Assembly (NCBI GenBank): GCA_032128875.1
Contig: JAVLKG010000011.1
Location: 140,392 to 204,391, forward strand
Source: Candidatus Melainabacteria bacterium 17Bon1m
GTDB taxonomy: Bacteria > Cyanobacteriota > Vampirovibrionia > Obscuribacterales > Obscuribacteraceae
DNA length: 64,000 nt
Direction: 5' to 3'
Shown: positions 37,351-47,132 of the stretch, one piece after another
Layout of the letters: each line of letters opens with the position of its first letter
How positions within the stretch are numbered: position 1 is the stretch's first letter
Program-made: the position numbers and the translations under genes
The notes under the pieces: generated by a model
The model's database searches: none
What the model was told of the DNA's origin: nothing
The model's input: only the letters and a program-made list of their open reading frames with translations

Positions 37351-38451
37351 ATGAGTAATCACAATGCTACTGAAACAGTCGATCATGTAAGTAAAGCCCT
37401 TGATTCGGCCCAGAACGAAGGAGAGCAAACCAAAGCGCTGGAGCGACTCCAGGACGAGATCAGGCAAGACACCAAGGACATGAATCCAGCTGAGCAAAAG
37501 GCATACATGGCTCAGGTTACTAAGCAACTGGAAGAAAGAAATCAGCTCCCGATTTTAGCTGTTGCGTTTGCCGGTCAAATTGGAGAGAGTGACAAAGGCG
37601 ATTTGCAAGGAGAATTGAGAGCCGTCAACCGCGCGGAAAGAGGCGGTGACACGTCAAAGGCTGTAGAAAAGGCCATGCTTCAATACTTGATCAACAATTA
37701 CGACAAAGGCGCGAATTTGGTCGAAGCAAACAATGAAGAGTGGATGACAGATTCTAAGATAAGTAAAGCCGATGTGAGCGAAAAACTCAGTCAATTTAGA
37801 ATGGCTCGTGATGAGCAACACCGCAAAGAAAGTAATCAACTCAATACTGAGAAGACAGCAAAAGAACTTTTAGGGGGCGGTGACAAGTCGCTTTTCAATT
37901 TCATCGACCGCGGCAACAATGACGGAAAACTGACGAAAAAAGAATTGCAAGACTATTTGAATGTCGCTCGCAGCAGTGGCAGTGACTCTGGGCATTTTTC
38001 GAAGGCAAAACAGCATCTTGTGGAGAACATTCTCAAAGAATGGGATAACCGCGATAAAGGCAAATGGATGAGAGGTGGTTCTATGGGTGACTCACAAGCC
38101 ACCGAGGTATTGACCAAGGAAGGATTGGTGCACGCAGCAGGAAAAAAGTCGGAGACTGACTTAGGCACAGCGAAGGCTGCAGACCCTGCGCCAAAGCCTG
38201 GCGACCCCGCACCAAAGCCTGGCGACCCTGCGCCAAAGCCTGGCGATCCTGCGCCAAAGCCTGGTTCACAGCCCAAAGCTTCCGAGTTGGAAGTGCAGAA
38301 AGGAGATAGTTATTGGTCGATTTCAAAACGAATTCTTGGCGAGAAAGCAAGCAATGCTGAAATCCTTGCCAAAACAAAAGAGTTGCAGACGAAGAATGGA
38401 AACGCGCCACTATACTACGATTCCAATCATCCACGCAAAATCAAAATCTAA
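37351..38451 (+). CDS. EF-hand-like protein with Pro-rich linker and C-terminal LysM domain
   Basis: DRGNNDGKLTKKEL loop, (DPAPKPG)x4, VQKGDSYWSISKR LysM start; no signal peptide; SD GGAG before ATG 37351. Confidence 0.8.
   Translation: MSNHNATETVDHVSKALDSAQNEGEQTKALERLQDEIRQDTKDMNPAEQKAYMAQVTKQLEERNQLPILAVAFAGQIGESDKGDLQGELRAVNRAERGGDTSKAVEKAMLQYLINNYDKGANLVEANNEEWMTDSKISKADVSEKLSQFRMARDEQHRKESNQLNTEKTAKELLGGGDKSLFNFIDRGNNDGKLTKKELQDYLNVARSSGSDSGHFSKAKQHLVENILKEWDNRDKGKWMRGGSMGDSQATEVLTKEGLVHAAGKKSETDLGTAKAADPAPKPGDPAPKPGDPAPKPGDPAPKPGSQPKASELEVQKGDSYWSISKRILGEKASNAEILAKTKELQTKNGNAPLYYDSNHPRKIKI
38182..38265 (+). repeat. Coding 21-bp tandem repeat x4 (DPAPKPG)
   Basis: GACCCTGCGCCAAAGCCTGGC units with a few synonymous changes. 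Confidence 0.95.
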
Positions 38452-38526
38452 TGCATCGCGTGCCGCAGCGCTTACACGGCAAGCAAATATCTAATCAGTT
38501 TCGAGATACTAATAGGTTAGCGCTAC

Positions 38527-38565
38527 AAAAAAGAGGGGGCGACAGTAGTTGGTCGCACCCTCTTT
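38527..38565. terminator. Bidirectional terminator between convergent genes
   Basis: AAAAAAGAGGGGGCGAC...GTCGCACCCTCTTT. Confidence 0.7.
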
Positions 38566-38578
38566 GCATTTTGATTAG

Positions 38579-39166
38579 TTAGGCTACTGCAACCAATTGC
38601 GGACGATTTTCTTCGCTTTGCACTTCTGGTGCTTCTTTCTCCAATCCGATGATTTGACCAAGATCGGCTTGTCTGGTGATGATTTCCAATGCATCATGGT
38701 TGTCCATGACTTCCCACGCCGTGCGACGTTCTTCTCGCGAGTTCACTTCTGCAAGAATCACGATTTCGCCGTTTTCGACATCGCCTTCAAATACATTGGC
38801 GTAATATTGTGGCTCGTTGGCATGTAAGAATGCGCCCATCCAGACGCCCCAGTAGGCGAGAATGACTCCACCGGAAACAGCTGCCATCACGGTGGTGATG
38901 ATTTGGAAAAAACCAGGTGTATTGATTTCAGGAGCCATCATGACTCCGGCCCAGAGACCGCCTAGCGCGCCCACGATGCCATAGCGAACGAAATATCGAG
39001 CCATCGGTGTCTTTATTTTGGCTGAAACATTGTGAAATTCAGGGCAATCCTTGCCGACCACGCTCAAATCGGCTGATTTGAAACCAGCTTTGTGCAAATC
39101 TTCCAGGATTTGACCAGTGCTGGTTGTGCTATCAAAAATTCCGTAAACATAATCTGGGTTCGACAT
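38579..39166 (-). CDS. General-stress-protein-like (YflT-type) membrane protein
   Basis: VYGIFD...L..AGF....SVVGK, Gly-rich TM hairpin; SD GAGG. Confidence 0.6.
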   Translation of the reverse strand: MSNPDYVYGIFDSTTSTGQILEDLHKAGFKSADLSVVGKDCPEFHNVSAKIKTPMARYFVRYGIVGALGGLWAGVMMAPEINTPGFFQIITTVMAAVSGGVILAYWGVWMGAFLHANEPQYYANVFEGDVENGEIVILAEVNSREERRTAWEVMDNHDALEIITRQADLGQIIGLEKEAPEVQSEENRPQLVAVA

Positions 39167-39216
39167 AGGAGTATCCTCGACTCTTATTTTTGGGTATGGC
39201 TTGATAATCTTGTATA

Positions 39217-39236
39217 GATTATCGATAATCGATAAT
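39217..39236. promoter_or_regulatory. Probable operator of the adjacent GntR regulator
   Basis: Perfect 14-bp palindrome GATTATCGATAATC (39217-39230) overlapping ATTATCGAT-A-ATCGATAAT (39218-39236) between divergent genes. Confidence 0.7.
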
Positions 39237-39290
39237 TAGATTGTACCGCGCCTTGAATTCTGGTCAAGCTCCTTCGTCTAAAATTGCAAC

Positions 39291-39932
39291 ATGTCATTCA
39301 AACGAGCTTCCACCAGGGAGCAAATCACTCAATACCTGCTGGAGCGCATCCTCGACGGCACTTACAAGCCCGGCGAGCGCCTTATTGAGTTGAACATCGC
39401 CAACGAGTTGAGTACCAGCCAGGCGCCGGTACGCGAAGCCTTGCGCTATTTGGAAGCGATGAGGGTGGTTGTTACCGAACCATATAAAGGTACTCGGGTC
39501 AGAGAAGTCACTGACCGAGAGCTCGCGGAATCCTCTCAAGTACGTGCAGCGTTGGAAGAATTGGGGGCAGAACTGGCCGCCCCTCTTCTAAAAGGGAATG
39601 TCGAGCGCATCACGCAAGAGTCTAAGCAGTTTATGAAAGCTGCCAAACAGAAGGATGTTCAAAAGTACAGTCAGCACGACATTGAGTTTCACCGCCTGAT
39701 TATGGAAGCGTCAGGAAATCATTTGTTGCTCTCTATCTGGGAATCGGTCGTTTTAGAGACTCGCTTTCGGCGCACTCTGAGCCGCATTGGTGAAGAGCAA
39801 CTTGTGGAATTCGGCGAAGCACATTTACCTGTTATCGATGCACTGAATGACGGTGATGGAAAACGCGCGGCGTCAATTTTGAAAAATCTGATCTGTAAAT
39901 TCCACTTCTTGAAGAGTACTGAGCAATCCTGA
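39291..39932 (+). CDS. GntR family regulator (FCD/FadR type)
   Basis: PGERLIE..IA.EL.TSQAPVREAL wHTH; DIEFH...SGN FCD domain. Confidence 0.93.
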   Translation: MSFKRASTREQITQYLLERILDGTYKPGERLIELNIANELSTSQAPVREALRYLEAMRVVVTEPYKGTRVREVTDRELAESSQVRAALEELGAELAAPLLKGNVERITQESKQFMKAAKQKDVQKYSQHDIEFHRLIMEASGNHLLLSIWESVVLETRFRRTLSRIGEEQLVEFGEAHLPVIDALNDGDGKRAASILKNLICKFHFLKSTEQS

Positions 39933-40006
39933 GCTTCTGACTTAGAAAAGACAATGTAGACCCCAGATGTCGCCTTTTTGAAGCCCTCTGTAGCTGATTC
40001 CTTGAC

Positions 40007-41830
40007 TTAGTCAGTATTTCCAACGCTTGCCGGAATGATAGCTCGAAACAGGCTACCGCGATTCGATGCGGCTGTTTTGTCTGTGGGTTCGACCCAAATT
40101 TTGCCACCATGGGCTTCCACAATCAGCTTGCAAATTGCCAATCCCAGTCCGGTTCCTTGCTTCTCATCGCTTCTTGCTTCTTGTTCGAATGTTTCGAAAA
40201 CGCGCTCAAGATTCTCGTCTGCAATTCCACGCCCTCGATCCGCAACACTCAACTCAAATCCGTTGTCCGTTGTTTTTGCACTAATGGTCACGGTTGCGCC
40301 CTCGGGGCTGAATTTGATGGCGTTTGAAACAAGGTTTGTCATTACCTGCAATAACATTCTTCTATCACCATCAACTATCAATTCCTTTTCCGGCAGAGCC
40401 AGCGTAATGCGCTTTTCGTCCGCAAAACCGCCTAGCAAATCTTTTGTGTCTCGCGCCAGTTCGCGCACATCGAAGTGCTCGCGAGCCAATTCCATGCGCC
40501 CAGCTTTCAGCTTCTGGAAGTCGAGAAGATCATTTACCAATTGCATCAGTTTGTCCAAGTTTGCGACGGCGCGACTAATATCTGTTTGAACGTCTTGACT
40601 GATACTTCCTTTGACACCGGCGACGATGAGGGAAAGAGAATTGTGCATTGCCATCAGAGGACTGCGCAAATCGTGACTGATCATATTGGCAAAATCCTCT
40701 TTCATTTGCTCAATACGCTTGTGCTCGGAAATATCGTGAATGACGCAAAACATCTTCTGGTGCGGCTGCGACCATAAACATGACCATCTGGTGTCGATAG
40801 TTTTTCCCTCGACGCTGCGTAATTGCAACTCGAAAGTTTCAGGCTTTTCGCTTTTCATGGCAATTCTGAATTGCTCGTCTGCAAGCAAGCTTTGTTCGGG
40901 CACCGTCAGTGAATGCATCGGTGCACCAATCAAATCTTCCGGATTGTGACCGAGAAGTTTGTGACAGGACCTATTTACTGAAAGGATGTCACCCGCTTCG
41001 TTCGCGGAAAGAATTATGTCTGCCGCGTTCTCGACAAGTTCTTTATTGCGAGACAGAGCGCTTTCAAGGTCATCCGCTGCAACGTGAAGAAGTGAATCTA
41101 GTTTTGAAAATTCTGCTGCATCTTCTAGAACAGGCAAGAGAGGCTTTCTCTCAGACAGGAGCTTACCGTTATTTCTGATGCGAGTAAGCGGATTGCTGAT
41201 CATTTTTGCGAAGTAGAAAACAAGCAGCAGCGCAATTCCAATATTGATAATGGCAAATACTCCGACAACTCCTACCAGGGCTGTAATCGAACGTTCAATC
41301 GCGGCGCTGTCTGCGGTGACTTTTGCCTCTTCTACTGAAACAATCTGGTCGATCACTTTTGACCATCCCGGGGCTTTAGAGATCAACCTGCTATGGTATC
41401 GTTTCGCTTGGCGCTTCCAATCTGGTTGGTTCATGAGCTGCTTAAAGCCAACCATGCTCTCGTGCATTTCTTCCATCGCAAGGTTGAACGCTTTTACTGC
41501 TTGTTCGTGCAATGGATCTTTTTGAATGAGACTCAGAAATTTGGAAACATCAGCAGTCAAGCTAAACCACTGCCTCTCGTGTACCTCAGGACTTATAAAA
41601 CTGCCTCCTTCTACCAGGCTGTAATCGAAGACAAGTTGATTGATGATCACGTTCGAAAGAGTATATGCGCGCCTGATGATATCTTGCGAGACTGTCTCAT
41701 TCTGCATGTAATTTTGAATTTGGTGAAGTCTAAAACCAAGAAGGATTACAAATGCAAGCTGGCAGATCACAGGAAATGCAACAACAATTATGCTGCGCTG
41801 TTTTAGGTTGAGGACAGGAAAAATCTTCAT
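40007..41830 (-). CDS. Membrane sensor histidine kinase (TM-periplasmic-TM-HAMP-PAS-HisKA-HATPase)
   Basis: SHDLRSPL, NLVSNAIKF, DRGRGI, GTGLGL. Confidence 0.93.
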   Translation of the reverse strand: MKIFPVLNLKQRSIIVVAFPVICQLAFVILLGFRLHQIQNYMQNETVSQDIIRRAYTLSNVIINQLVFDYSLVEGGSFISPEVHERQWFSLTADVSKFLSLIQKDPLHEQAVKAFNLAMEEMHESMVGFKQLMNQPDWKRQAKRYHSRLISKAPGWSKVIDQIVSVEEAKVTADSAAIERSITALVGVVGVFAIINIGIALLLVFYFAKMISNPLTRIRNNGKLLSERKPLLPVLEDAAEFSKLDSLLHVAADDLESALSRNKELVENAADIILSANEAGDILSVNRSCHKLLGHNPEDLIGAPMHSLTVPEQSLLADEQFRIAMKSEKPETFELQLRSVEGKTIDTRWSCLWSQPHQKMFCVIHDISEHKRIEQMKEDFANMISHDLRSPLMAMHNSLSLIVAGVKGSISQDVQTDISRAVANLDKLMQLVNDLLDFQKLKAGRMELAREHFDVRELARDTKDLLGGFADEKRITLALPEKELIVDGDRRMLLQVMTNLVSNAIKFSPEGATVTISAKTTDNGFELSVADRGRGIADENLERVFETFEQEARSDEKQGTGLGLAICKLIVEAHGGKIWVEPTDKTAASNRGSLFRAIIPASVGNTD

Positions 41831-43644
41831 TCTGCCGAGTCCTCTGTATCTCTATATCGAGGAACTGTAAACCAGAATGTCGTGCCTTTTCCTAATTCAC
41901 TAATCACTCCGACTTCGCCGCCATGAGCTTCGACGATGTTTTTGACAATCGCCAGGCCAAGTCCTGTCCCTTTGATGTTTAACTCTGATTTTGCTTTCGT
42001 CTGTTGAAACTTGTCAAAAACCAGCGGCAAATCATCTGGCGAGATGCCAGGACCTTCATCGGAAACCTTGATCGTAGCTTTATTTTCTCCGGGCTCAATA
42101 CTCATGCGAACGGAAGAATTCTTAGGAGAATATTTGATAGCGTTGGAAAGCAAATTGATTACCACCTGGACAAGCCGCCTTTCGTCGCCCAGAAGAATTG
42201 TGTCGTTTTTGGGTCCGAGTACTGATATTTGAGCTGCAGCAGCCAGCCCGGCGAGCGTTTCCTTCGCGCTTTCGCATACTTCCGAAGCTGCTACAGGAGC
42301 CAGGTCTAGTGAAAACTTGTTTGCTTCCAGCTTCTCAAGTTCGAGAAAATCGTTCACAAGCGAAAGCAGTCTTTGAGAATTGGAATCCGCACGTGCGAGT
42401 TCTTTCTTGACCCCTTCAGGTAATTCTCCTCGCTTTCCAGTGTTTAGCCCTTGCAAGACAATTGAAATAGCCGTAAGCGGGCTGCGAATGTCGTGACTTG
42501 CCATCGCGATAAAGCGCTTCTTCAGCCTGTCCACGTTGCGCATTTCAGTGACGTCGTTGACCACGCAATAATAGTTTTGCTTCTCGGGCGACCATGTCAC
42601 CGTCCATAGTGCATCTCTAAAATTGCCGTCTTTTGTCCTCACGACATTTTCGAATTTGCCTTCGCCTTCTTCGCGAATTCTATCTAGAGTGTATTTGGTT
42701 GATTCAGCTGTCTCTTCGGTAATCAGAGACATGATTGATTTGTGCATGAGTTCGTCAGGTGCCATTCCCCAGAGTTTTGAGCTGGACGCACCGACGGTTG
42801 AGAAACGCATCTTTTCATCTAAAGAGCAAATCACATCAGCGGCATTGTCGAGCACCGCTGACTCGGTCCAACGGATTTCGGCAAGAATGCTGCTTGCGTC
42901 GGTGATTACTTGATCAACTTCCGCAAGTTCGTCCTTTCCTCCTATTGTTCCGCTCACTGAATGTCCGAGTGCAAGCTGTTCTCCCTTCTGCACGACCGCA
43001 TGCACACGCTGCTGCATGATGCCGACGAAGACTCTGATTAGTACAAACGCCACACCTGCATTAAGCAAAAATCCGAAGCAGATAATGCCAATGAACTTTT
43101 GCTGCAGATTTTTGAAGTCCTCCGGCTCGTGTTTGATCATGCTGGTTTCAATGCGAATAATCTCTTTGGCTAGTCTTTCCTGTTCCATTGCAATATGAAT
43201 GAGAGTCTCATTCTGTCTGCGATTCGTCATCCGGCCTATGCCGGATATTCCTCGGTGTACGGGAGTCGTTTTGCCGACTGCTATTGCCGTTCTCCGCAAT
43301 TCTTCAGCGTCTTCTACCAGCGACTGCAACTCGGGATTTTCAGCTAGGTTCAACTGCCCCCATGTATAAGGCTGGCTAAACTTATTCATGAGTTCTGCAT
43401 AGTGCGCTTTACGCTCTTCATAGCTGTGGGTATCCTTGTCGGTAAGAATGTAGAACGTGCGAACCAACATGTCCTGCATCTTGTGCATTTCGATAAGGAT
43501 TGCTTTTACGTGACTGAGCCGCTGGTACTCTTTTCCGGACTGGATAAGCTCGTGTGCGAGGACGCTGACAAAGCTCAACTCAATGACAATCGGCACCAGG
43601 ACCAGAATTAGGCCCGTTTGCTTGGCATTGAGATTCGACGACAC
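41827..43644 (-). CDS. Membrane sensor histidine kinase, same architecture as the downstream kinase
   Basis: SHDIRSPL, NLLSNAIKY, DEGPGI, GTGLGL; ATGA overlap with the next kinase. Confidence 0.93.
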   Translation of the reverse strand: MSSNLNAKQTGLILVLVPIVIELSFVSVLAHELIQSGKEYQRLSHVKAILIEMHKMQDMLVRTFYILTDKDTHSYEERKAHYAELMNKFSQPYTWGQLNLAENPELQSLVEDAEELRRTAIAVGKTTPVHRGISGIGRMTNRRQNETLIHIAMEQERLAKEIIRIETSMIKHEPEDFKNLQQKFIGIICFGFLLNAGVAFVLIRVFVGIMQQRVHAVVQKGEQLALGHSVSGTIGGKDELAEVDQVITDASSILAEIRWTESAVLDNAADVICSLDEKMRFSTVGASSSKLWGMAPDELMHKSIMSLITEETAESTKYTLDRIREEGEGKFENVVRTKDGNFRDALWTVTWSPEKQNYYCVVNDVTEMRNVDRLKKRFIAMASHDIRSPLTAISIVLQGLNTGKRGELPEGVKKELARADSNSQRLLSLVNDFLELEKLEANKFSLDLAPVAASEVCESAKETLAGLAAAAQISVLGPKNDTILLGDERRLVQVVINLLSNAIKYSPKNSSVRMSIEPGENKATIKVSDEGPGISPDDLPLVFDKFQQTKAKSELNIKGTGLGLAIVKNIVEAHGGEVGVISELGKGTTFWFTVPRYRDTEDSAE

Positions 43645-43838
43645 TTCGATTTACGCCTACGCCAGTTAGAGGTCCCAAAACACCCACCAGGTAAATATTC
43701 CACGGATCTCGTCTCTAACTTCGTATGACTGATATAGGTGAATTCTTTGGGGATAGAAGCTAAGGTGGTAATAGCGAACTTAGCAGCACAGTCATACACC
43801 AATTTAATTGGCTGAGCAATTTGACCTCATGTCTGAGG

Positions 43839-44528
43839 CTAGGCGCTGAAGAACATGCAATCGCCGTCTTGACGCTTCGCCATTTCCAAATGTTGCAACG
43901 CTTTTTGAAGCAGAATATTGACGCAATCACCGTCATATGGAGCGCAAGCGGCTCCCACGCTAACTGTGTTGTTTGGACGATTTGTGAATGACTGCGCACG
44001 CGCTTGCATCTGTCTGCCGATGCGTCTGACTATTTGTAGAGCTGGCGCTTGCGCTGTTTCGGGGCAGACGATGGCGAAGAGATTGTGTTCGATACGTCCT
44101 ACGAAATCTGTGTCGCGAGTGTGCTCTTTTAGCAAACTTCCAAGATACGTGATCAGTTCGGCACCCGCCAGTGGTCCATACTTGTCGACAGTTTGGTCGA
44201 GATTGTCGATACACACCAGTAAGATTGTCACAGGGCGATGGTATCGCTTAGCACGCAAAACCTCATAATTAAGCTTCCATTCAGTGGCAGAACGATTTAG
44301 AAGCCCTGTCTCTCTATCCAAGAGTTGAGGCAAGTTTTTCTCGAGCAGAAAACTTGGATCTGTGTCCCGAATCTCACGCTTCACCTGCTTTGCCTTGACT
44401 GGTCTGTGTGGAAATTGGGATATTTTTTCCGAGGCAACTGCAGTCTTCGGTACCGCAGGAATATTAGTGCCTGTCTTGGCACGAATCCAATTAATAGTTG
44501 GCATGACTGATGCAGAAAACATCTTCAA
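43839..44528 (-). CDS. Degenerate GGDEF-domain protein
   Basis: DRETGLLNR, YGPLAG, RDTDFVGRIEHNLF (GGDEF replaced by EHNLF), TVSVG. Confidence 0.85.
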   Translation of the reverse strand: MKMFSASVMPTINWIRAKTGTNIPAVPKTAVASEKISQFPHRPVKAKQVKREIRDTDPSFLLEKNLPQLLDRETGLLNRSATEWKLNYEVLRAKRYHRPVTILLVCIDNLDQTVDKYGPLAGAELITYLGSLLKEHTRDTDFVGRIEHNLFAIVCPETAQAPALQIVRRIGRQMQARAQSFTNRPNNTVSVGAACAPYDGDCVNILLQKALQHLEMAKRQDGDCMFFSA

Positions 44529-44702
44529 CTCTCCGCTGAATGCGAGTTTGTAAATTAGTAAGGAAAAGGTCGGGGGTGAGGAAGCTCACCTTCTACATAA
44601 TGATGGACGCCGTCCATAAAGTAAATTCGCAAATCAGCATCCTTGATTAGGCGTACACGAAAACGCGTATAAATCGTTGAAAACACTGATGGATATTCAA
44701 CA

Positions 44703-44736
44703 GAAAAGGACAAAAGCAATTGCTTTTGTCCTTTTC
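44703..44736. terminator. Perfect 34-bp palindrome; likely terminator of the lipoprotein gene
   Basis: GAAAAGGACAAAAGCAA/TTGCTTTTGTCCTTTTC. Confidence 0.75.
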
Positions 44737-44791
44737 GTTCGCCCATTAAAGGTCGTAAGTTTTGTCGGTTTCTTTTCGAATCTTCTCTGAC

Positions 44792-45178
44792 TTATTGAGG
44801 GATATCCTTGCTTTGCTTGAGAGCGGCTTTGGCTGCTTCAGCATTGCGATCTACCGTTTTCTTCGATGTTTGTACTTGATCGTCTATGTTTTTCTTTGCA
44901 AACTTAGCTTGGTCTTCAACTCTGTCTTTTCTATCTTCAACAGCGTCCTTTTGTGCTTCCAAGGTTTCTGCGGTCTGTTCTAACGCTTTCTTTTGAGCTT
45001 CTGCGTTTTCACTGACCCTTTCCTTGAGCACGTCTGCGTGCTGTTCTACCTGCTCTTTCTGGATTTTGGCCTGACGATCTATGTCCTTCATGCCCTCAGA
45101 AATTTCGGCTTGTCTTTGGCTGCAACCCACCAACAAAGCAATACTGCTCAGCGCCAAAATCGTTCTTGCATAACGCAT
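44792..45178 (-). CDS. Lipoprotein with 11-residue amphipathic repeats
   Basis: SD AAGGAG, lipobox LVGC, repeats such as KEQVEQHADVL/KERVSENAEAQ/KKALEQTAETL. Confidence 0.82.
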   Translation of the reverse strand: MRYARTILALSSIALLVGCSQRQAEISEGMKDIDRQAKIQKEQVEQHADVLKERVSENAEAQKKALEQTAETLEAQKDAVEDRKDRVEDQAKFAKKNIDDQVQTSKKTVDRNAEAAKAALKQSKDIPQ

Positions 45179-45460
45179 ACAGTCTTTCTCCTTTTGCCTA
45201 CCCGCGGGGTCGCGGACACTGGTAAGACATGCAGCGTTAGGAAGAGTTCCCGAAATTATTTTTCGGGGAAACAAAACACAATATTTTTTTCGAAAATGCG
45301 CAAAAGGCAAGGCTCAAACTTGCGTTTGAGCCCCCTTAACTTCCCCATCGGTAAACTCTCTGACGGCTGCCTCTCAGCGATTCACGCGGCACTTCCGTCT
45401 CAGTGAATAGATAATACCGGCCGATATTGGGCAGCAACGTGGCAAACAAAATTCAATAAA

Positions 45461-46963
45461 TCAAAGTTTGGCCAACTCTTCAGAGCGCGCAAAAACACCA
45501 GGAATAGTGAAGTGAAACGTGCTTCCTTTGTCTACTTCTGATGTCACCCAGATTTTGCCATTGTGCAGTTGAACTATCGAGCGGCATATAGAAAGTCCCA
45601 AACCCGACCCCTTAGCCCCTTCAGAGCCTTTTGAATCGCCCTTAACCTGCTGAAAGCGGTCAAAGATCGTCTCCAGCTTATCTTGGGGAATTCCAGTGCC
45701 TTGATCTGTGACTTGTATCTCGACATTGTTGCTGCGTCGATGAGCTGACAACGTTATTTTGTCGCCTGAGCGCGAGTATCTAACTGCATTCGAAACTAAG
45801 TTGAATAGGACGCGATTGATTTTTTCGGCATCCGCATGTACCACGAAGTCGGTGTCTTCAATGACAAGCTCCATGCCATGCTGGCTTATCCATGGGGCTG
45901 TATTTGCCCGCACATCTTCGAAGAGGTCTCGTACCTCGACGTCGTCGGTACTGAGAGACATCAGACCTGATTTGATTTTTTCGATATCCAGCAGGTCATT
46001 TATCAGAAGCATCATAACTGAGCTGTTACGCTCAGCCAATTTGACGAACTTCTCTCCTTCTTGGTTGAGTTCTCCGAATGCACCCGTAGAAAGTAAATCG
46101 AAAAACCCCTGGATGGTGGTCAGAGGCGAACGCAGGTCGTGTGTGAGCATATTGACCAATTCTTGGCGCTGATTAGCGGTGTTTTCAACGTCACTGGCCA
46201 TGCGTCTGAATGCTTTATCTAGCTCGGCAATCTCGTCGGTCCCTAGGAGCGCCGGCTGCAATTCTTTTCCGGAAGCGAATCGTTTGGCATTGCTGGATAT
46301 CACAGACAAACGTGATGTGATTTCCTTGAAAAGGTAAAAGGCCAAGAAAAAGCTGGCCAGCACATTTAGCGCCATTACCAGCAACGACATTTTTAGAATT
46401 CGTTTGCGAAAGTCCGCCTGGCGGGCACCTTCGGCGTCAGCGAGTTCTTTCTCGTGGGAAGCGACGATTGCCAATTCCTCGGTAATCAATCCCTTATATA
46501 GTTCGCGAATATGAGACGTCTTGTTATCGTAATCATGGAGCAACTTGTCCATACGCCCGGCTTTCAGGTCGGCTACCGCCTCGTCAAGAATCGATTCCGC
46601 TTCATTCAAATTATTGAGCGATTTGCGAATCATCGGTTGCAAGTCTGGGCGGTCTGCGGTTATCTGGACGAGCTTGGCGTACTGTTCGCGCAGTTGCGGA
46701 AACAATTGCTTATAGCGCTGATCCAGAAAGCCCTGGTTCAGCCAGCGTTTACGGTTGTTGCTGACGACATTCCAAACTTCAAAAATGGAAGAAACCAATT
46801 GATTCAAGCTGTTGGAAAGCTGCCTTGCTTTCAATGCAGCCCGAGACTCTTTCTCAGCCTCATTTTGAAGATGAAAAATGAATCCTACGAAGCCGAGCTC
46901 GAATATTACCGGCACGGAAATAAGAATTAGAATCTTTGCCGTCAGCGATAGAGTCCGTCTCAT
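45461..46963 (-). CDS. Membrane sensor histidine kinase (TM-periplasmic-TM-HAMP-HisKA-HATPase)
   Basis: THDLRSPL, NLVSNAVRY, DQGTGI, GSGLGL. Confidence 0.93.
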   Translation of the reverse strand: MRRTLSLTAKILILISVPVIFELGFVGFIFHLQNEAEKESRAALKARQLSNSLNQLVSSIFEVWNVVSNNRKRWLNQGFLDQRYKQLFPQLREQYAKLVQITADRPDLQPMIRKSLNNLNEAESILDEAVADLKAGRMDKLLHDYDNKTSHIRELYKGLITEELAIVASHEKELADAEGARQADFRKRILKMSLLVMALNVLASFFLAFYLFKEITSRLSVISSNAKRFASGKELQPALLGTDEIAELDKAFRRMASDVENTANQRQELVNMLTHDLRSPLTTIQGFFDLLSTGAFGELNQEGEKFVKLAERNSSVMMLLINDLLDIEKIKSGLMSLSTDDVEVRDLFEDVRANTAPWISQHGMELVIEDTDFVVHADAEKINRVLFNLVSNAVRYSRSGDKITLSAHRRSNNVEIQVTDQGTGIPQDKLETIFDRFQQVKGDSKGSEGAKGSGLGLSICRSIVQLHNGKIWVTSEVDKGSTFHFTIPGVFARSEELAKL

Positions 46964-47132
46964 CTGGCTCCCGTGCCCAGAAATGCGCTTTGAGCAATAT
47001 TAGCACCGTTTCCTGAAAGGGTCACGGCGGCGGCATTTTACTCATTTGAGCGGGCAACGACGTGACTGAGCCATACACCTGCTATATTCTTCTAGGACGG
47101 CTCCTCCGTACTTTCAGGTTTAGGGCTTAAGC

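Noticed and set aside
38182-38265. CRISPR or mobile repeat
   Set aside because: It is an in-frame coding Pro-rich linker.
45360-45410. Glutamine (glnA) or TPP riboswitch (GACGGAAGT and GCTGAGA fragments on the minus strand)
   Set aside because: The other required conserved segments are absent.
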